From a virus (taxonomy: Duplodnaviria > Caudoviricetes), in IMG/VR virus record IMGVR_UViG_3300032213_001903, positions 1 to 55,341 of that record: DNA of 55,341 bases, one strand, 5' to 3'. The notes under the pieces are model-generated. The model did not search any database. It had not been told where the DNA came from and saw only the letters and a program-made list of their open reading frames with translations. Both the position numbers and the translations under genes were made by a program. Positions 21,195-28,903 of this stretch are shown here, in pieces (positions within the stretch are counted from its first letter, which is position 1; the number at the start of each line of letters is the position of its first letter).

Positions 21195-21925
21195 TCAAAG
21201 ATTATAACAGAGATTTATTTGACCGTGAATGGTTTGAAGTAAGCAAACCACAATTAATTAATGCATTTGAAGAATTTACTCCAAGATCCGCATATCTAAG
21301 TGATAAGAAAAATATTGAGCGTATCAACCGGTTAGCACTAGATAACACAGAGCAACCAAATATTGTAAGTTATCCTACACGATTTGCACCAAACAAAACT
21401 CCAGGTATAGAAAGTTTTGATATATTATTCAACGATAATCCAAAATTCGATGTAATGAAAGATAAGTTTAACAAGGTAGAAGAATATATTTCACAATATG
21501 TTGAATCAGTACATACTACTTTTTTAACTTTTAGCACAAATGTTACAGGAGCAGAATTAGGAGTAAAACATTTACATCCTAAGTTAAATGCTGATAGATG
21601 TAATGTTTGGAGTTTTGGTATTCCATTGTACATTGATATAAATTGTAATGACAATCCTGAGTTTTGTTATACTAGTCAAGAGGAATTGTTTCCCGCACGA
21701 TGGTACCTAGATTATGATAGAATCAAAGCCAAGAATTATAACTACGGTAGTTTCAAAGTTCCATTGGATAATAAAATTTTTAGTATAAGATTTGATGGTT
21801 CTAGAAGCCCGCATTATATTAATTACAAAAATCATGTATTTGTTTGGTTTGTGTTTGACGGGGTAATATACAAAGATATCAAATATCAACCAGAAGGAAT
21901 TCAGTTTATAACGGAGTTAATATGA
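21191..21925 (+). CDS. Hypothetical protein (possible cupin/2OG-oxygenase-like)
   Basis: HLH..D and FDGS..PH segments; coupled to neighbours. Confidence 0.5.
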   Translation: MIKDYNRDLFDREWFEVSKPQLINAFEEFTPRSAYLSDKKNIERINRLALDNTEQPNIVSYPTRFAPNKTPGIESFDILFNDNPKFDVMKDKFNKVEEYISQYVESVHTTFLTFSTNVTGAELGVKHLHPKLNADRCNVWSFGIPLYIDINCNDNPEFCYTSQEELFPARWYLDYDRIKAKNYNYGSFKVPLDNKIFSIRFDGSRSPHYINYKNHVFVWFVFDGVIYKDIKYQPEGIQFITELI

Positions 21926-22662
21926 CATATAAATTAAAACGCACACAGATTTATATTAGACCAAATACTGATATACCATTTCATATTGATATAGATCCTA
22001 CATGGGTAGATAAGATGCGAGCTACTACTAAAGAATTTAGTGATAATTGTAAAGTTACTTCAGGGTACTATAATGATAATATATTTTATTGCTCATTTTG
22101 GTTACCTGAATATGAAGATTATGTAAGAATGACAGATTGTTTATATGATAAGGGTCAAATTAAAGAAGTATTCAAAGATGCAATGCGGCATTCAAAACCC
22201 AATTGTATTGCATTGGCTATGCCAAGTGTATGGGTGCATAAACGATCAATAGACGGAACTTATATTAAAGAGTGGTATACTAATAAAAAAACACGACCTG
22301 ACGGTAAGTTTCTAGAAGAAGTCAAAGAAACATTACCTGCAAGACAGTATGCACTTAAAGGATATATGGGAGTAACTGATTGTGTATTGAATAGTACTAT
22401 ATACGATTATACACATAGTATTAAGCATAGTTACTTTTTGTATACAAAAAGAGACCAAGATACTGAACTAGAAATTGATGATATTAGAAAAAATGCTAGT
22501 GAAAATTTTGCATATAAAAAGATCCACAACCAAAAAAATGGAATTGAATATCTTATTAGTAAAGATACCTGCACTTGTATAGAATATCATGATTTTTCTA
22601 GTGTACCTGACGGAATTTTTCCTCCGGGGTTTACAGATTTAAAAGTACCCATACTACTATAA
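21922..22662 (+). CDS. Hypothetical protein
   Basis: 246-aa ORF with ATGA overlap. Confidence 0.6.
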   Translation: MTYKLKRTQIYIRPNTDIPFHIDIDPTWVDKMRATTKEFSDNCKVTSGYYNDNIFYCSFWLPEYEDYVRMTDCLYDKGQIKEVFKDAMRHSKPNCIALAMPSVWVHKRSIDGTYIKEWYTNKKTRPDGKFLEEVKETLPARQYALKGYMGVTDCVLNSTIYDYTHSIKHSYFLYTKRDQDTELEIDDIRKNASENFAYKKIHNQKNGIEYLISKDTCTCIEYHDFSSVPDGIFPPGFTDLKVPILL

Positions 22663-22670
22663 ATACAATT

Positions 22671-23441
22671 ATGCTAAACAGAAAACAATTACCACTAGTT
22701 GCTAAATTAAACAATATCAAAGTTGATATAAATGCTATTTTAGAGCATTGTAGAAATAATGACCTATTAGACGGTAGTAAATATAACGATATCAAATATA
22801 GCGCAAATAGTAAGCATCAGGCTTTTCTTATCAGTAATGAATATTGCAAGACTAACTTTTTCACTGAAACAGACGCACAAGTGATGGAAGGTGAAAGGTA
22901 TAAGCAACTGTACTTAACTGATTTTGATGAAACTAAATTAAGTGGTAAAGTTAATCTGCATGGTACTAATATATTTGAACGGACTAAACGACTTGATCCT
23001 AATGATCCTAGATATCTACCAGAAGCAGACGAATTAAATTATGGAGTCAGGAACAAATTTGTCACTGGTCCGTTTGAAGATATACTTAACCAATTTAAAA
23101 GTCAAGTAACAAGAGTGCGTTTAGCGTACTTGACTTCAGGATTTTCTATCAAACAACATGTTGATTACGACCCGTCTTATATCGTAAGATATCATATACC
23201 ATTAATTACTAATAATGGTGTCGTCATGGGTTTTAAAAAAAGTGATAGAGATTATTTGTATCATATGTCCGCAGATGGATCAGTATATTTCTTTAATAGC
23301 GGAATAAAGCATTGGGTTGACAATAATGGAACTGAGGCAAGATTGCACTTAATTATTGATACTCACGGTCAAAATGATTTAACAGACTACACAGAGATAC
23401 CAGAGATATCATTTGTACAAGAGCTTAACTCTTACAACTAA
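22671..23441 (+). CDS. Aspartyl/asparaginyl beta-hydroxylase-like 2OG-Fe(II) oxygenase
   Basis: RVRLA..I.QHVD..RYHIPL.TN..H.V.N....RLHLIID. Confidence 0.82.
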   Translation: MLNRKQLPLVAKLNNIKVDINAILEHCRNNDLLDGSKYNDIKYSANSKHQAFLISNEYCKTNFFTETDAQVMEGERYKQLYLTDFDETKLSGKVNLHGTNIFERTKRLDPNDPRYLPEADELNYGVRNKFVTGPFEDILNQFKSQVTRVRLAYLTSGFSIKQHVDYDPSYIVRYHIPLITNNGVVMGFKKSDRDYLYHMSADGSVYFFNSGIKHWVDNNGTEARLHLIIDTHGQNDLTDYTEIPEISFVQELNSYN

Positions 23442-23450
23442 TAATATTAT

Positions 23451-24035
23451 TCATAAAGACCACTCTATTACAGTTTGCTTGGTGTTGTTAAGTGTTACTT
23501 CACCTAAAAATTTAGAAGTAGAAATCAATCTATCGTTTTCCTCATACATTATATTATTTCGCTTGTGTTTTTTATTGCTATTGAATTCTTTAACAATCCA
23601 TGTATTATATAGATGTACATTATATGAGTTAAATGTAGTCCATGCTTTTTTGTATCCATGTTCTTTTGCAATCTCTAAGTGAAATGGAAGCAACAAACCA
23701 TAACTCATGGGTTTTACAGTAAAAAAACAAAATAATCTTGCTAATACCAATGCAATATCATCCGTATGTTTGCGAACTCCTGCAAAGGCCCAGGCTTTGT
23801 CATTGACTGCCAGTATAGAATAACCATGAGCAAAGCCGTTGTTTAGTAGCATAGGACCAAGTGACCAAGGCTTAGCATCTTCACCAAACTGATAGTTTTC
23901 AATACTGTTATTTTTTCCTGCAGTAGCCCAATATTTCTCAGCCTCTTCTTTGACTATATGATAACATTCTTCTCCGTCATCGTAGTGATTTATAGTATAT
24001 GTTGCTGATCCTATGATTTTGGTCACTGATCTCAT
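23451..24035 (-). CDS. Hypothetical protein, GNAT-like fold suspected
   Basis: AFAGVR..VLARLF..AKEHGYKKAWTTFN. Confidence 0.5.
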   Translation of the reverse strand: MRSVTKIIGSATYTINHYDDGEECYHIVKEEAEKYWATAGKNNSIENYQFGEDAKPWSLGPMLLNNGFAHGYSILAVNDKAWAFAGVRKHTDDIALVLARLFCFFTVKPMSYGLLLPFHLEIAKEHGYKKAWTTFNSYNVHLYNTWIVKEFNSNKKHKRNNIMYEENDRLISTSKFLGEVTLNNTKQTVIEWSL

Positions 24036-24069
24036 TATAATATTTGTATGGTAAAGACAATAACAATTT

Positions 24070-25824
24070 TCAAAAATTCAAGAAATCTTTAGCATAGTTA
24101 TATTCACTCCATGTCTCTAGAAATTTTTCTTTATCTGGACAATCTTTCATAGTGTCTTCGACTATACCCCAATTTCTTGCTACTAGACTATGCATATCAG
24201 CCGAGCCAACTAAAATTTTTCCACTCGCACTATCCATAGCGTTTATTCTGTATTTTGAAAAATTTGATATTCTTGTTTCTAAAATAATTTTAAAATCATT
24301 AGTTTCAACTAATCTGTCTATTAATGCTTTTAAATATTTCCAGTTAACATCTATCCAACCCCAAGCCGGCCATTTAGTTCTACTTAACAATGCTCGATAT
24401 AATTGGTCAAACACCATCATTGTCACGATATCTCGTTCACTGGCAGTGCTAGTAGAAAGAACCATTTCAGTCATTATCTCTGGGTCACTCGCATTATAAA
24501 CATCTAGTACTGAGTTTTGTTTTGGCTTCATATCAATGATATCAAATACCACTCCGCTTTCTACTTTGTATTTTTCTTTATAATCTGCATCATATGCTAC
24601 AGGAGCATTGACTAAAATATGAAATGAGTAACTTCTAGGTACAAATCCATTACTATAAATTTCATTTAATGTTTCTAAATATGATTTTAGTGATTGTCCT
24701 GGTAACCCAACTATAATTTCTACATAAATCTTTTTTAATCCATGTGATTCATTATATTTTCTATACATTGAATGCGCAAAGTTTTTCTGATCTTCCCAGC
24801 TTCCTGGTCTGTGTATCGCATCAAGTACATCTTTATTAACATCCTGTGCGCTTAATTTTATCCACCAGCGGGATAATTTATACTTAATGATTAGTTCTAA
24901 TATTTCTTTAGTAGTGTTACTAAAATTTTTGTTTAAGTTATAAAGATAGTATTTAAATTCATGTCCATTTTGATTATGTTCGATTACTCTTTTAGTTATA
25001 GCTAGATCATCTTCCCACATACCAAAATTAGCATCTGCTAGATATAAATTATACATCTGATGTTTGGCCATAAAATCAATATCGTCTAAAAAATTTATTT
25101 TCCTCTTCTGTGTTTTATTACTTTGCCCACCATTCCAATCACAGAATGTACAGTGAAACGGACAACCTCTACTAGTCTCATATATCCAGGCTAGACTAAC
25201 ATTTGGTTTGGTTTTATAAAATTCTATTAATTCTACCACTAAATCTTCACATTCACGATATGGGCTAAAATGAATACCACGAACAAATTCATAGTTGTAT
25301 GATGTTTGAGTAGATTTAATATCATCCTTATTTTTTATGAAATGAACTATGTTTGAATCTTCCGAAGAAATTTGACGGGCGCCAATAAAGTCTAGTGCTA
25401 AACTAGCCCAAGCTTTCTCCCCCTGTCCAATGACATAGTGATCTATAAAAGGATATTTAGTATACCAGTCTTGATTGACAGCATCACAACTTGGTCCTCC
25501 AGCTACTATTTTGATTGAATCCTGAAAGTAGTCTTTAACTGCCTTAATTTGATCAAAAATACTTCTAACATTCCATAAATACAAGCTTACACAGAGTATA
25601 TTTGCATTTTGTTCTTTGATATAACTTATTAATTCTTGGTTTGTAGCAGTATGTATAATACTAGGTGCCCACTGAACCATATCTTTGTACAATGGATAAT
25701 TTACTTTGAAATAACTATGCAAATAATATGGAGTTGGATTTACGAATATATTCTCATTATTTAATGCTGAATAGTTAGCACTGTTACCTGGCGGAGAATA
25801 AAATACAACTTTTATAGTTTTCAT
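24070..25824 (-). CDS. B12-binding radical SAM protein
   Basis: SLYLWN..IVAGGP..GQGE cobalamin-binding domain; ETSRGCPFHCTFCDW; DANFG; GLPGQ. Confidence 0.9.
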   Translation of the reverse strand: MKTIKVVFYSPPGNSANYSALNNENIFVNPTPYYLHSYFKVNYPLYKDMVQWAPSIIHTATNQELISYIKEQNANILCVSLYLWNVRSIFDQIKAVKDYFQDSIKIVAGGPSCDAVNQDWYTKYPFIDHYVIGQGEKAWASLALDFIGARQISSEDSNIVHFIKNKDDIKSTQTSYNYEFVRGIHFSPYRECEDLVVELIEFYKTKPNVSLAWIYETSRGCPFHCTFCDWNGGQSNKTQKRKINFLDDIDFMAKHQMYNLYLADANFGMWEDDLAITKRVIEHNQNGHEFKYYLYNLNKNFSNTTKEILELIIKYKLSRWWIKLSAQDVNKDVLDAIHRPGSWEDQKNFAHSMYRKYNESHGLKKIYVEIIVGLPGQSLKSYLETLNEIYSNGFVPRSYSFHILVNAPVAYDADYKEKYKVESGVVFDIIDMKPKQNSVLDVYNASDPEIMTEMVLSTSTASERDIVTMMVFDQLYRALLSRTKWPAWGWIDVNWKYLKALIDRLVETNDFKIILETRISNFSKYRINAMDSASGKILVGSADMHSLVARNWGIVEDTMKDCPDKEKFLETWSEYNYAKDFLNF

Positions 25825-25993
25825 AGATTTTTAATACTTGTTATATTCTATTTATTAGATATTTATCCTTAAATGATGTTTTTTTTGGCTTGTTGTATAA
25901 ATACAACACAACAAAGATTGACATTAAAATCAAACTTTGTTAAAGTAGAGGATCACTTAGTTTGCAATTGGGTATATTTAAAAATACAAGTCA

Positions 25994-26022
25994 TTGACAA
26001 GATATGATAAATAAACTACAAT
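25994..26022 (+). promoter_or_regulatory. Sigma70-type promoter of the RNA island
   Basis: TTGACA-17 nt-TACAAT. Confidence 0.75.
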
Positions 26023-26065
26023 GCAATCTAGGCACTGAAAAAACAGAATAGAAAACTTATTGAAA

Positions 26066-26239
26066 ATGAAAACAAAGGTAAATCATCAATTTAGCACACT
26101 GCCCAAGCAGACAAGATCACCTATGTCTAGCCAGTGGCAAGCTTTATCGACATTTACGATTTGTGCCAGTGGCAATAGCATTAAAAATGATCGCCCAGAG
26201 TATAAGTCAGGGTTCCTAGAAGGAGCAGATTACAAATAA
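26066..26239 (+). CDS. Putative attenuator leader peptide (57 aa, all 20 amino acids)
   Basis: MKTKVNHQFSTLPKQTRSPMSSQWQALSTFTICASGNSIKNDRPEYKSGFLEGADYK*; contains the antiterminator strand; weak RBS. Confidence 0.65.
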   Translation: MKTKVNHQFSTLPKQTRSPMSSQWQALSTFTICASGNSIKNDRPEYKSGFLEGADYK

Positions 26240-26262
26240 ATTTATTAGTAATCTAAACATCT

Positions 26263-26298
26263 AAGAACCCTGAGAAACTAAAAAGTCTCAGGGTTTTT
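26263..26298 (+). terminator. Attenuator terminator
   Basis: AAGAACCCTGAGA/TCTCAGGGTTTTT hairpin; 5' arm can alternatively pair with 26207-26220. Confidence 0.8.
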
Positions 26299-26315
26299 CG
26301 TTAAGTGGATAGAAA

Positions 26316-26504
26316 ATGAAAAGGGTTGACAAAAAATATAAAGATGATGTAAGATTCGAAACTTGTGACAAACCAGATTGGTTGAAGAATCATACATTGT
26401 CAGAGGATCAAGTAAAGCATCTGATGTATAACAAATATCAGAGGGCTTTGAAGGATCAGAAAATTCTAGAAAAGATCAAATATCTTGATAGGTTTACTGA
26501 TTAA
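26316..26504 (+). CDS. Hypothetical small protein
   Basis: 62-aa ORF after the attenuator. Confidence 0.45.
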   Translation: MKRVDKKYKDDVRFETCDKPDWLKNHTLSEDQVKHLMYNKYQRALKDQKILEKIKYLDRFTD

Positions 26505-26724
26505 CAGTGTTAAAATGAGGGAACGTGGCCCTCGCAACACACTATAATAAGTTGTAAACGGGCGGACTGCTAGATGAAATGATGGCGATAACATCAGAGT
26601 ACAAACAGCAGGCTAGGGTATAGCTCTAGCATAGCGTAGAAATACGCTATTCACTAGTGTATTGAAGAAAATACGCCCTTAGCCCCTGACGCTAAGACAA
26701 GCATTCAGTACATTAATGAATAGC
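26505..26724 (+). ncRNA. Structured leader/ncRNA region
   Basis: Hairpins GAGGG/CCCTC, TGATG/CATCA, GCTAGG/TCTAGC, ATAGCGTA-GAAA-TACGCTAT, long GCTATTCA..TGAATAGC stalk. Confidence 0.45.
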
Positions 26725-26731
26725 AATTTAT

Positions 26732-26809
26732 TGGGGTATAGCTTAGTTTGGCCTAAAGCAACGGTCTTTGAAATCGTGATCACTGGTTCGAATCCAGTTA
26801 CCTCTGCCA
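26732..26809 (+). tRNA. tRNA-Gln(TTG)
   Basis: Cloverleaf, loop CTTTGAA, TTCGAAT T-loop, CCA. Confidence 0.9.
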
Positions 26810-26814
26810 GTTTT

Positions 26815-26867
26815 AGGATCGGTTCAGCAATTAAAAAAACTTTATATGAAAAAATTAAAAGCGTCCT
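26815..26867 (+). ncRNA. CAGCAA-clamp RNA #1 (short, degenerate; overlaps 5' end of the tRNA-Arg-like gene)
   Basis: AGGATCG-GTT-CAGCAA ... CG-TCCT. Confidence 0.5.
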
Positions 26868-26940
26868 TATACCCTCTGGCTACGAACCAGTTGAAAGGTT
26901 AGTTGGATACATGGAGGTTCGAATCCTCCAGGGCGCGCCA
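26861..26940 (+). tRNA. Atypical 'rewired' tRNA-Arg(ACG)
   Basis: Acceptor GCGTCCT/AGGGCGC+GCCA, normal T-arm, CTGG-CTACGAA-CCAG arm, D-loop-like AGTTGGATA located after the anticodon arm. Confidence 0.7.
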
Positions 26941-26984
26941 AACATAAATATTCAACAACATATATGATGTTACTAAATAAAAAT

Positions 26985-27071
26985 GGAAGATAGATGGCTT
27001 GGAGCCTAACTGGACTTGAAATCCGGTCCACTCAGTGATGGGTGACAGTTCGATTCTGTTATCTTCCTCCA
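26985..27071 (+). tRNA. tRNA-Ser(TGA), tRNA-Sec/allo-tRNA-like
   Basis: GGAAGAT(A)/(T)ATCTTCC acceptor, CTGGA-CTTGAAA-TCCGG, long variable arm, short D-loop. Confidence 0.75.
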
Positions 27072-27078
27072 AACTAAT

Positions 27079-27152
27079 ATCTCGATAGTGTAATGGCAGC
27101 ATACCGGTCTCCAAAACCGTTAGTCTAGGTTCGAGTCCTAGTCGGGATGCCA
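27079..27152 (+). tRNA. tRNA-Trp(CCA)
   Basis: Cloverleaf, loop CTCCAAA, CCA end. Confidence 0.92.
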
Positions 27153-27163
27153 AATATTCATGT

Positions 27164-27238
27164 GCTGATATAACACAGGGGAAGTGTACTTTCTTGGTAA
27201 GAAAGAGGTCACTGGTTCGAATCCAGTTATCAGCACCA
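27164..27238 (+). tRNA. tRNA-Thr(GGT)
   Basis: Cloverleaf, loop TTGGTAA. Confidence 0.92.
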
Positions 27239-27245
27239 AAATTAT

Positions 27246-27321
27246 GTGGGTGTGACCCGAAAGGCTAGGGAACGGATTGCAAATCCGTTTTATGCAGGTT
27301 CGACTCCTGTCATCCACTCCA
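27246..27321 (+). tRNA. tRNA-Cys(GCA)
   Basis: Cloverleaf, loop TTGCAAA, U73. Confidence 0.92.
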
Positions 27322-27328
27322 ATATATT

Positions 27329-27352
27329 GGAAGTATAGCAAAGTGGTAGTGC
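27329..27352 (+). pseudogene. 5' fragment of a tRNA (acceptor strand + D-arm)
   Basis: GGAAGTA-TA-GCA-AAGTGGTAG-TGC, then breaks off before the endonuclease gene. Confidence 0.55.
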
Positions 27353-27384
27353 TTTTATTAAAAAGGCATAAATAATAGAAGAAG

Positions 27385-28062
27385 ATGCACTACCAAATGT
27401 TAACTTGTAAATTTTGTGGTAAAGAATGTAAGAATGAAAACTCATTGAGGAATCATCAAAGATTATGCAAGAGTAATCCTGAACGACAACAGAGTCCTTT
27501 TGAGAAGAAAGAAATTCAAGAAAATAGAAAAAGATCAAATCAATTTTTAAAAGCAAAATCTTTGGGTATTGACTATGTAATTTCAGACGAAACTAGGAAT
27601 AAATTTAAAGAATTAGCTGTTAGAACTTGGACCGATGAAAAGCGTAGGGAACATTCTGAGTGGATGAAAATACAAGCACAACGAAATTTGAATAATCACC
27701 CAGATTCATATCTATCCAAGAATATATTCGGTCGTTCTAAAAAAACACTGTACAAAAATGAATGGATGCATAGTTCATGGGAACTAGAATTTGCGATGTG
27801 GTTGGATTCGATTCAAGTTGAATGGACTAAAAAAGTTCCGTATTTTACTTATGATTGGGATGGCTCGGTTCGTAGATACTTTCCTGATTTCTATTTGAAA
27901 GAATTTGATTTATATGTAGAAATTAAAGGATATCAAACAGATCGTGATCTTGTTAAATGGAAATGTATTCCTAATTTAGCGATAGTTAAAGAAAAAGAAA
28001 TTAAGGCAATTAAAGAAAAAAAGTTTGAATTGTCGCAATTGTTAAATGGTAAGGTACCTTAA
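27385..28062 (+). CDS. Putative homing endonuclease: zinc finger + PD-(D/E)xK (TnsA-like) nuclease
   Basis: CKFC...H..LC; SSWE..FA..LD; YFPDFYL...YVEIKG; 3' end overlaps the next tRNA. Confidence 0.8.
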   Translation: MHYQMLTCKFCGKECKNENSLRNHQRLCKSNPERQQSPFEKKEIQENRKRSNQFLKAKSLGIDYVISDETRNKFKELAVRTWTDEKRREHSEWMKIQAQRNLNNHPDSYLSKNIFGRSKKTLYKNEWMHSSWELEFAMWLDSIQVEWTKKVPYFTYDWDGSVRRYFPDFYLKEFDLYVEIKGYQTDRDLVKWKCIPNLAIVKEKEIKAIKEKKFELSQLLNGKVP

Positions 28063-28123
28063 GAGGAAGAGGACATCCTTCATACGGATGAATGTGTGAT
28101 TTCGAGCATCACCCTTACCACCA
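28048..28123 (+). tRNA. tRNA-Met/Ile2(CAT)
   Basis: GGTAAGG/CCTTACC acceptor, loop TTCATAC. Confidence 0.8.
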
Positions 28124-28136
28124 TAGAGTATTTTGT

Positions 28137-28212
28137 GGTGCTATTAGTGTAGTGGTCTGCACATCATGTTGTGACCGTGAAAGTATGAGTTCAATCCTCA
28201 TATAGCACCCCA
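28137..28212 (+). tRNA. tRNA-His(GTG)
   Basis: G-1:C73, loop TTGTGAC. Confidence 0.9.
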
Positions 28213-28223
28213 AAGCATTTTAT

Positions 28224-28297
28224 GCCCCTTTAGTTAAAAAGTATAACACTGTGCTGATAACGCAGAGTCGGAGGAGCGTTACCTCCCGGGGGTACCA
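28224..28297 (+). tRNA. tRNA-Ile(GAT)
   Basis: Loop CTGATAA; atypical T-loop AGCGTTA. Confidence 0.85.
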
Positions 28298-28303
28298 AGT
28301 TTT

Positions 28304-28367
28304 AGGATGCGTTCAGCAACTTTAATACATTAGACTTTTAATCTAAACCGTAAAAAAGCATCCTGTT
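28304..28367 (+). ncRNA. CAGCAA-clamp RNA #2 carrying a Lys(UUU) anticodon stem-loop
   Basis: AGGATGC/GCATCCT-GTT clamp, GTTCAGCAA, internal TTAGA-CTTTTAA-TCTAA. Confidence 0.8.
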
Positions 28368-28380
28368 ATTTTTGACCTTT

Positions 28381-28498
28381 AGGTTCTTTTCAGCAATTTA
28401 AATAATCTTTCTGGAAAAAAGAGGGTCTGGGTTCGAATCCCAGCACTAGGTTGGTCTCTAGTGTGGTGTAATGGTAGCACGAAAAAAGAGAACCTGTT
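28381..28498 (+). ncRNA. CAGCAA-clamp RNA #3 carrying a circularly permuted tRNA (YrlA-like)
   Basis: AGGTTCT/AGAACCT-GTT clamp; anticodon arm TCTTT-CTGGAAA-AAAGA, T-arm CTGGG-TTCGAAT-CCCAG, loop-closed acceptor CACTAGG/TCTAGTG, D-arm GTGT-AATGGTA-GCAC. Confidence 0.85.
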
Positions 28499-28500
28499 AT

Positions 28501-28575
28501 ATTCCGTGAGGCAGCTGGAGTGGCCGATAGTCCTTCAAACTATTGAGATGGGATCAAAACCCATACGGAATACCA
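28501..28575 (+). tRNA. Atypical tRNA (loop CCTTCAA: Glu TTC, or shifted TCA)
   Basis: ATTCCGT/ACGGAAT acceptor, ATAGT/ACTAT stem, T-loop ATCAAAA, CCA. Confidence 0.65.
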
Positions 28576-28583
28576 AATTTTAT

Positions 28584-28661
28584 TGTGCATGAGCAAGCAA
28601 GGTGTATGCGTCTGGCTGTTAACCAGAAATGAGTGGGGTTCGATTCCTCAATGCACAGCCA
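28584..28661 (+). tRNA. tRNA-Asn(GTT)
   Basis: Loop CTGTTAA, G73 CCA. Confidence 0.88.
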
Positions 28662-28667
28662 ATTTAA

Positions 28668-28742
28668 GCCGAAGTGGTAGACTGGTAATGCAACGGATTG
28701 TCTATCCGTCCTATGCGGGTTCGATTCCCGTCTTCGGCGCCA
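28668..28742 (+). tRNA. tRNA-Asp(GTC)
   Basis: Loop TTGTCTA, G73 CCA. Confidence 0.88.
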
Positions 28743-28744
28743 AG

Positions 28745-28894
28745 TTTTGAGATAGACGATGAGATTGAGTCCCTTATATTCTAGTGCCCTATTTCTTGAG
28801 CATGACACACCAGTAGAATTGTATAAGGTAGTATAAACTCTCTCAATCGAGACAAGCCAATGAGTCCTTAAGAAAGATAGTTGGTCTCTCAAAA
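28745..28894 (+). ncRNA. Unknown structured RNA (~150 nt)
   Basis: TTTTGAGA/TCTCAAAA closing stem; nested CGAT.GAGA..GAGT/ACTC.TCTC.ATCG and CTTATA.TTCTA/TAGAA..TATAAG. Confidence 0.55.
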
Positions 28895-28903
28895 ACCTAT
28901 AAC

